Source: Octopus vulgaris (taxonomy: Eukaryota). Taken from it: DNA of 64,000 nucleotides. The DNA lies in NCBI GenBank assembly GCA_951406725.2, contig OX597823.1:105648001-105712000 (forward strand), in the 5' to 3' direction. The position numbers and the translations under genes are program-made. Below, one piece after another: positions 55,596 to 64,000 of this stretch (positions are counted from its first letter, which is position 1; every line of letters starts with the position of its first letter). A model generated the notes under the pieces. The model did not search any database and was not told the DNA's origin. It saw nothing but the letters and a program-made list of their open reading frames with translations.

Positions 55596-55751
55596 TTTTA
55601 ATAAAAGTTCAGTTCACTGGAAGAATCATTAGTGCGCCCCACCCAAAAAAAAAGACGCCTTAGATTTTCGTAGAAATATTTCGACATCGGCAACAGTGTC
55701 AGAGTTTATATCTTTTTCCAGTTTCCTGTTTTCTTTCATCATATTACTTTT

Positions 55752-55958
55752 TGGCAGAATCGTTAGCACACTGGGTGAAATGCTTAGTGGTATTGCATCT
55801 GTCTTAATATTCTGAGTTCAAATTCTGCCGAAGTCAGCTTTGCCTTTCATCCTTTCGGAGTCGATAAATTAAGTACCAGTTGAGCACTGGGGTCAATGTA
55901 ATTGACTTACCCTTCTCGAGAAATTTCAGGCCTTGGGTCTATAGTAGAAAGGATTATT
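55752..55958 (+). mobile_element. SINE family B, old-tail copy
   Basis: Body match; tail aaatttcaggccttgggtctatagtagaaaggattatt. Confidence 0.87.
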
Positions 55959-56464
55959 TTAAGAACCTATGGGCTGCTATATTACGGGACCCTGCCAAAA
56001 CATTAAAGAACGAAAAACGGTCACAAAGCGAAAATAAAAGGCAAAAAGAAATATAAATATACAGATACAGCAATCCTTTTTCTTTTATTCATTTTCAGTT
56101 ATTGGATTGCGGCCATACTGGGGTGTCTCTTTGAAGGGTTGAATCAAACTAAAAGGCATCAGTTGTCAAACGAGATGGGGACATACAGAAACACACACAC
56201 ACACACACACGCACAAATCACACACAAATACACACATGGTGGATGGCCTTCTACTCAGTTTCTACGAAATTTACTCAGAATGGGACAAGGAACAAAGCAC
56301 CCAAGGTGCAGCGCAATGAGACTGAACCGGAAGCCAGGTGCAAAGCGATTTTCTTTTTAAATATTGAAAAGGAACTAAAAATATTATTATTTAAAACAGT
56401 TTCATTCGCCTCCATGCGACTGAAAGTTTGGTAGGTTTATTACAGAAACCTATACATATCTATG

Positions 56465-56515
<51 letters not shown>

Positions 56516-56673
56516 ATATACACACACTCACACACACACACATATATATATGTATACATATATATGTAAAAATATACTCTCTGTTTCTTCTTTATATATA
56601 CTGTATTTACAAACATACATACATACATACATACACACATACATACATACATACATACATACATACATGCATT

Positions 56674-56720
<47 letters not shown>

Positions 56721-56721
<1 letters not shown>

Positions 56722-57111
56722 CTTTTTTACTCTTTTACTATTTTCAGTCATTTGACTGCGGCCATGCTGAAGCACCGCCTTTAGTCGAGTAAATTGACCC
56801 CAGGACTTACTCTTTGTAAGCCTACTACTTATTCTATCGGAATCTTTTGCCGAACCGCTAAGTTACGGGGACGTAAACACACCAGCATCGGTTGTTAAGC
56901 GATGTTGGGGGCACAAACACACCCACATATATATACATATACATATATACGACGATCTTCTTTAATTTCCGTCTTCCAAATCCACTCACAAGGCTTTGGT
57001 CGCCCGAGGCTATAGTAGACGACACTTGCCAAAGGTGCCACGCAGTGGGACTGAAACAGGAACCATGTGGTTGGTAAGCAAGCTACTTATCACACAGCCA
57101 CTTCTGCGTCT
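56721..57111 (-). mobile_element. SINE family A, full length
   Basis: Family match; flanked by (TA)n. Confidence 0.93.
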
Positions 57112-57112
57112 A

Positions 57113-57180
<68 letters not shown>

Positions 57181-57289
57181 CTGTACACAGACATAGATAG
57201 ATAGAGAAAGAGAGTGAGAGGGTGAAAAAGAGAGAGAAAGAAAGATAGCGAGAGAGAAATAGAGAAAGTGAAAGTGAGGGAGCTCTGAT

Positions 57290-57470
57290 GAAAAAGTCTC
57301 CCTTTGTTTAAGGAATCTGCTGTCACACTTAATGTCCAACGTCCAGATGCTACGATGTTTTCTGTGCAACAGTTAATATAGATTTGCCACCTGTCAACTG
57401 AGATAGAACGTGCTGTCAAGACGTCTGTCACTTTGTCTCGGTCTTTGATTCGTGATTGGAAACAAGACAT
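57290..57470 (-). pseudogene. Possible RTE-type LINE RT C-terminal relic
   Basis: RIKDRDKVTDVLTA...RWQ...GRWTLSVT resembles the RTE pattern TKVTDV...KWxWAGH...RWT; weak. Confidence 0.35.
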
Positions 57471-57977
57471 TTCTGAGGAAACTTATTAACAGTATTGTGG
57501 TGATGGTTTAACACTGAATTCATAAATGAAGGACTGTAATTAGCGACTGGCCGTTTCCAACAACTCCCTGTTATCCTTTGCTGCCTCTGTATCACACTAC
57601 GTGACTAACACTAGTGACATAAATATGAAATATATAAACAATAATTTACCCACGCTACCTACACCGCCATCACAATATTGTTACTACTGGTATAAACGCT
57701 GTTAATAAATTCCCCTATATTAACACTACGGTGGAGGGTTGTCATTGTTTGTTGTTGTTGTTGGTGGTGGTGTTGGAGTGAGTTGTTGTGATGCTCGTTG
57801 TAGTTGCAGTGATGTTTGTAGCAATCGTTGTTGTGGATATTACCGTGTTTGTGGCAGCAGTTCATAATGCTTGTGGTTGAGTGGGAGAGCTTAGTGGTGG
57901 GTGGTTGCGGTGATTGTGGATGTAGTAGTGGTTGTAGTAGTGGTTGTAGTAAGAGCAAATGCTGCTGCTGCTGCTGT

Positions 57978-58600
57978 TGAAGAAGAAGAAGAAGAAGAAG
58001 AAGAAGAAGAAGAAGAAGAAGAAGAAGAAGAAGAAGAAGAAGAAGAAGAAGAGGGAGAAGATGATGAAGAAGAAGAAAAATGAAGACGAAGGAGACGAAG
58101 AAGAAGATAATGAAAAAGTAGAAGAAGAAGAAGAAGAAGAAGAAGAAGAAGAAGAAGAAGAAGAAGAAGATGATGAAGAAGAAGAAGATGATGATGAAGA
58201 AGAAGAAAAATGAAGACGAAGGAGACGAAGAAGAAGATAATGAAAAAGTAGAAGAAGAAGAAGAAGAAGAAGAAGAAGAAGAAAATGAAGAAGAAGAAGA
58301 AAATGAAGAAGAAGGAGAAGAAGAAGATGAAGAGGAAAATGAAGAAGAAGGAGAAGAACAAGATAATGAAGAAGAAGGAGAAGAAAATGAAGAAGAAGGA
58401 GAAGAAAATGAAGAAGTAGGAGAAGAAGATAATGAAGAAGAAGAAGAAGAAGAAGAAGAAGGTAAAGAAGAAGAAGAAAAAGAAGAAGAAGAATATAAAG
58501 AAGAAGAAGAAGAAGAAGAAGAAGAAGAAGAAGATAAAAAAGAAGAAGAAGAAGAAGAAAAAGAAGAAAAAGAAAAAGAATAAGAAGAATAAGAAGAATA
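57978..58600. repeat. Large degenerate (GAA)n array with an internal 130-bp duplication
   Basis: atgatgaagaagaagaaaaatgaagacgaaggagacgaag... at 58061 and 58191. Confidence 0.95.
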
Positions 58601-59948
58601 CGAAGAGTTTTATGGTAGACTAGGAAGTTAGGTGGCAGCAGATAATAAGGGCCACTTTAGCGATGATAAAGGTGACTGGGTGGACGTGGCGGCAGTGGTG
58701 GGGATTATGGTGGTGGTGATGATCATAGTTGTAATGATGATGCTGTTTGTGAAAGAGGTGGTGGTGAGTGAGGATGCAGGAAATGTTGATTAAGATGGTA
58801 GTGCTAATGATGATTATGATGGTAATGATGATGGCATTGAAGATGATAAAATAGTAATTAATGGTGATAAGACTACAAAACGATTTAAATGGATATTAGT
58901 TTTCAAGTGATTATTGAAGAACTATTAAAATTATATACAAACACACACCCTTATACATACATACGTTAATATATTTATATAAATAAATATATTGTTATAC
59001 ATGTATATATACACTATATGTGTATATATATACTTACTTACACATTACAGACACACACACATATGCATACACACACTCACACTCACATATAAAACAGTAG
59101 AAGGAAAATAAGAAAGAACGACAGAAAGAAGGAAAAGAAGGAAGGGGAGAGAGAAAGCTTATGGTAAACTATAAAAAATAAAGATAATGGATCAATGAAA
59201 ATAATGGGGAAAATATGAAAGCTAAATGAGATTAAAAAATAACAACAACAATAAAATAACTACTATGACAACAAGTGTAATTATTCATATTTTTTCCGAA
59301 ACAATTCCGCCATTTTGAATTGTTGTGTAGCGTCCATGATTGAGAGAAGTCAGCGAGTGTGGACGGAATAGATATTATCTTTCACGTGTTGGTCAATAAG
59401 ATAGATGTTGAGTTATCTATATCGTTTGTTTGGTCAATAAGAATATAAAGAGAGGGGAAGAACATAGGTGGTAATGATTTCAATTCTATAAATAATCTTG
59501 TAATTCATTGTTGCCGAGAGCCTTAGGTGGACATCAGCTGCTACATCTTTTGCTAACATTCAGCCAAATTGACGCCGCTAAATTCCCTCTTTTTCTCGTT
59601 CACTGACGAAGACGATTACCCAAAACGTTAAATTATTTACACAGATAATCAAAACAACCTATGGACAGTTACGTAGTATATCAGACATCAAAGAAATTAT
59701 CAATGGTTCAAGTTCGACTGGAATTTCACTCACCACACTACCTCGGTTTACCTAATCCTAAAATTATATATAACCACGTGTACTATATATAGCTTGTTAA
59801 AACCTGCAAATAGTAACAGCAGTGTGTAATTAACAGCAGTGTGTAATTAACAGCTGTTGTGTTCACCGGTATTGCTTACTCACTGCACCTGTTTGTCACA
59901 TAATTAAACACATAGGGGTCAAGCGACCTCATTTCACTCCCTATAAAT

Positions 59949-60165
59949 GTCCTGGTTTAAAATTTTGTTACAAGGTCAGCAATCTCGAGTGAGGGAGTAA
60001 GTCGATTGCATCGGCACAAGTGTTCAGCTTGTACATATTTTATCAACCCTGAAAAGATGAATGTCAAAGTCACCCCCTTTAGAATTTGAACTGAGAACGT
60101 AACATCGGAAGGAACGCCGCTAAGCATTCTGTCCGGCACGATACCGATTCACCTAGCTCACTGTC
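59949..60165 (-). mobile_element. SINE family B, old-tail copy, 15-bp TSD
   Basis: tcactccctataaat at 59934-59948 and 60166-60180. Confidence 0.88.
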
Positions 60166-60283
60166 TCACTCCCTATAAATATATCAAAGTCGAGTAACTT
60201 AATTTATACGCTCAATTCCCATTGCTTCTCTCTCAAACACAAGAAGACACAAACACACAAACACACAAACACACACACACACA

Positions 60284-60359
<76 letters not shown>

Positions 60360-60418
60360 CACATGTTTCTATGTTATGTTAGCATACTTCATTTGGCGAA
60401 CAGAATTCGAATCACATA

Positions 60419-60635
60419 GGCACAGGTGTGGCTGTGTGATAAGAAGCTTGCTTCTTAACCACGTGGTTCCGGGTTCAGTCCATCTGGTGCCACCTTAGGT
60501 AATTTTCATGTACTAAAGCCTCGGAACAACTAAAGCCTTGTAAGTGTATTTAGTAGACGGAAACATATATATATATATATATATATATATGTTTGTGTGT
60601 GGTTTACATCCCCATAACTCAGTGGTTCAGCCAAA
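60419..60635 (+). mobile_element. SINE family A, 5' two-thirds
   Basis: ggcacaggtgtggctgtgtg...ggttccgggttcagtcc...gtagacggaaac. Confidence 0.85.
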
Positions 60636-61664
60636 CCGGCGTACAAATAACGAACTGGAGTCTCACCACTAAAACAGCTCGAGAATAAAAGTTAATATTA
60701 TAGAGTGTTACTCGTCATACGATGGGCCAAAATGGAAGTTTACTTTTGCCGCTATGGGTAATATCAAGAAATATCGCATGCGTGTGATAATTATGATTTA
60801 ACTTTTATCAACTTTTTGTATACTTGTTTGATAAAATGAAATGAATATTAATTTTTGAAAGAAAAATACAAATAATACCTGAAAATAGAATTAATTAACA
60901 AATATAACACGACTTACTCCATAGAAAATCTATCTGCAAAATTTCGTAAAAAAATACATCTTTCAGTAAGTTATACGAATAAAAATAGGTCACGAGACAC
61001 TAAACTGGAGTGATGCTCCACCCCGCATCAGTCTGTCAGTTTCTTTACACCCCCCCGTCCCCATGCCCCCCCCCCCCAATATACACAAATATACACACAC
61101 ATACACACAAATGCCTTTATAAAGTTAGTTGCGTGTAAAAGAAGTTTGCAAATTGGCGACTAATTTTGAAATGTAAACGAAAATATTATTTCAAGATTTG
61201 AAATAAATACCTTATTTGCAATATTTTTTTCTGTGTATCTTTCTTTTTATAATAATTATCGTATTTTCTACGACGCTACCTTCATTAATTAGCTACATCA
61301 TGCTGCTGAGACACAATCAGCTAAAATTATCAAAATCATGTGTGTGTGTGTGTGTGTGTGTGCACGACGGGCTTCTTTCAGTTTCTACGCCAAATAAGTC
61401 CCAATGTCAACTGTCTTAATTAGCAACTATAACCCAAGTATCTAGGTTTTCTCGTATCTGTATACGGAGCGCAGGCATGCTCGTGAGGATAAGAGGCTTA
61501 ATCGGCAATCAAGTTGTTTCACTTTCAGGGCAAGTTTCTTCTACCATAGCTCAGAGTCGACCAATAGAAATACCCTAGACAGAAATTGCATGGAAGCCCG
61601 TCGTCTCTCTGCCTGTGTGGAAAAGCTTATATATGTATATATATATGAGTATATGTATCAAAGA

Positions 61665-61715
<51 letters not shown>

Positions 61716-61747
61716 TATATGTATAAAAGAATTTATATATATATATA

Positions 61748-62168
61748 CTCTCTTTTCTCTCTTTTTTACTCTCTTTTACTTGTTTCAGTCATTTGACTGT
61801 GGCCATGCTGGAGCACCACCTTTAATCGAGCAATTCGACCCCGAGACTTATTCTTTTGTAAGCCCAGTACTTATTCTATCGGTCTCTTTTGCCGAACCGC
61901 TAAGTGACAGGGACGTAAACACACCAGCATCGGTTGTCAAGCAATGCTAGGGGGACAAACACAGACACACAAACACATACGCATACATATACATATACAT
62001 ATATACGACAGGCTTCTTTCAGTTTCCGTCTACCAAATCCACTCACAAGGCATTGGTCGGCCCGGGGCTATAGCAGAAGACACTTGCCCAAGATGCCACG
62101 CAGTTGGACTGAACCCGGAACCATGTGGTTCGTAAGCAAGCTACTTACCACCCCCCCACTCCTGCGCC
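61748..62168 (-). mobile_element. SINE family A, full length
   Basis: Family match. Confidence 0.93.
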
Positions 62169-62217
62169 TATGATATATATATATTTATATATATATATAT
62201 ATACATACATATATATA

Positions 62218-62645
62218 GGCACAAGGATGGCTGTATGGCAAGAAGCTTGCTTCCCACCAACATGGTTTCGAATTCAGTCCCACTGTGTGGCACCATGGGC
62301 AAGTGTCCTCTACTGTAACCTCAGGTCGACCAAAGCCTTGTATATGTATATAGAGCATATGCATTTTTGTAAGTGTGCCTTTGTGTTTGTCGTATGCATG
62401 TATGTATCTATCTATAAACACACATACACATATATCTATATGTATGTATTTGTGTGTCTGTGTTTGTCCCTCCACCGATGTCGATGTGCTTGGTACTGTA
62501 ACCTAGAAGTTCGGCAAAAGACAAACAATAAAATAAGTATTAGGCTTCCAAAGAATAAGTCCTGTGGTCGATTTCTTCGACTAAAATCCTTTAAGGCGGT
62601 GCTTCATCATGGCCGCAGTCAAATGATTGAAACAAGTGAAAGAAT

Positions 62646-62650
<5 letters not shown>
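62218..62650 (+). mobile_element. SINE family A, full length (head-to-head with the previous copy)
   Basis: Family match. Confidence 0.9.
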
Positions 62651-62683
<33 letters not shown>

Positions 62684-63178
62684 GTATATAATGCACACTC
62701 CCACACCCACACAAGCACATAATACCTGAACACAGACAATATATACACACATACGCAACACATATAGACAAACATAACTTTCGCCCACAAACATACCTTA
62801 TTTGGGCATAGACACACGCATATCACGTGAGCAAGCACACATCAACTCCTACATGCACCTGACACGCCACAGACACATACCACCTAAACAAGCACACATC
62901 AACTGCTACACACAACACACACGCACACATACACATTAGCCCCACACATATACACACGTACATACGCACACAACACACACGCATACACAGACCATTCTCA
63001 TATACACACACACTTGCGCACCTTAGTTCGTTGGATCCACCGTTACAGTTATTATCATTATTATCTCCCTTTCATCCATCCTATTTTTTATTGTCATATC
63101 GCCATGTTGGACTGTTGAACTCTGCATATTTTCTCTCTCCGTTTGTTCATTCTTTCTCCGTTATTTTTTCTCTTAATC

Positions 63179-63214
63179 CTTTCTGTCGAAGAGCGTAAGC
63201 TCGAAGCGTAAAAG
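63179..63214 (+). ncRNA. Minimal type-I hammerhead-like motif (Penelope pLTR-type), variant core
   Basis: cttt-CTGTCGA-A-GAGC(gtaa)GCTC-GAA-GCGT-A-aaag: stems I and II intact, but the core deviates at A6 and A15.1. Confidence 0.4.
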
Positions 63215-63272
63215 ACTTTTTCATTTTTCCCGAGCGTTAAACAGCTTGTTGTTCCTTCACCTGTCTTCGTCC

Positions 63273-63643
63273 TGACTGCGGCCATGCTGGAGCAGTTGCT
63301 TTAGTCGATCAAATGGACCCTAGGACTTTTTCTTTGTAAGCCTAGTACTTATTCTATCGGTCACTTTTATCGAATCGCTAGTTTACGGGAACGTAAACGC
63401 ATTAACATCGGTTGTCAAGCGATGGTAGGAGACAAACATGGACACAGAAATACATACATATGTGTGTGTGTGTATATATATATATGGGCTATTTTTACTT
63501 TCCAATATCAATTTCTCTCACAAGGCTTTTCGTCGGCCCGCGGATATAGTAGAAGACACTTGCTCGTGGTGCCACGCAGTGGGACTGTACCCGGAACCAT
63601 GGGGTTGCAAAGCAAGCTTCTTACCGCATAGCCACTCCTGCGC
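63273..63643 (-). mobile_element. SINE family A, near full length
   Basis: Family match; an inverted 3' fragment follows at about 63655-63752. Confidence 0.9.
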
Positions 63644-63800
63644 TGATGTATATGTGTATATTTGTCCTCCTCCACTAACTGGTGTTGACTTTTTTATGCC
63701 CCCATAACCGCTAAGAGGTGCCCCAGCATGGCCGCATTCCAGTGACTGAAACTAAACAAAACAAAAATTACGTAGGTGTTTATATACATACATACATACA

Positions 63801-63866
<66 letters not shown>

Positions 63867-64000
63867 GACACATATATTGAGCGAAAGAGACAGAGGCACA
63901 GAAAGTGAGAAGAAAAGGGAGACAGAAGGAGTGAGGGAAGAAGAGAGAGAAGGAAAGAGAGAGGGATATAGGGTGAGATATGGAGAGAGAGAGGGGGGGA

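Noticed and set aside
58170-58583. Poly-Glu acidic ORF
   Set aside because: It lies wholly in a degenerate (GAA)n array whose internal 130-bp duplication shifts the frame; not credible as an exon.

Overview
This is AT-rich, microsatellite-saturated eukaryotic DNA. Its repeat families point to a coleoid cephalopod, most likely Octopus; that assignment is inference from recalled repeat families, not a database result. I found no host protein-coding exon, rRNA, intact tRNA or CRISPR array, and almost all six-frame ORFs are translations of (TA)n/(TG)n/(TATG)n/(ATT)n/(GAA)n repeats. The window is a dense transposon graveyard. It holds about 15 copies or fragments each of two tRNA-derived SINE families: A (CORE-like, with an internal microsatellite) and B (Meta-domain-like). 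It also holds six R4/Dong non-LTR pieces, including one open 270-aa zinc-knuckle + REL-endonuclease ORF, four of them sitting in or against (TAA)n/(ATG)n arrays. Other relics are L1/Tx1, RTE and Penelope (RT, GIY-YIG and degenerate hammerhead-like motifs), an internally deleted mariner, a hAT-Tip100-type transposase, two non-autonomous Helitrons and two Helentron/HINE-type elements. The most notable observation is that the well-preserved SINE-B copies share a 44-nt 3' tail (38/44 identical, with a terminal stem-loop) with a Tx1 LINE copy inserted in a (GATA)n array, while older SINE-B copies carry a different tail. This suggests a SINE switched to a Tx1 partner.
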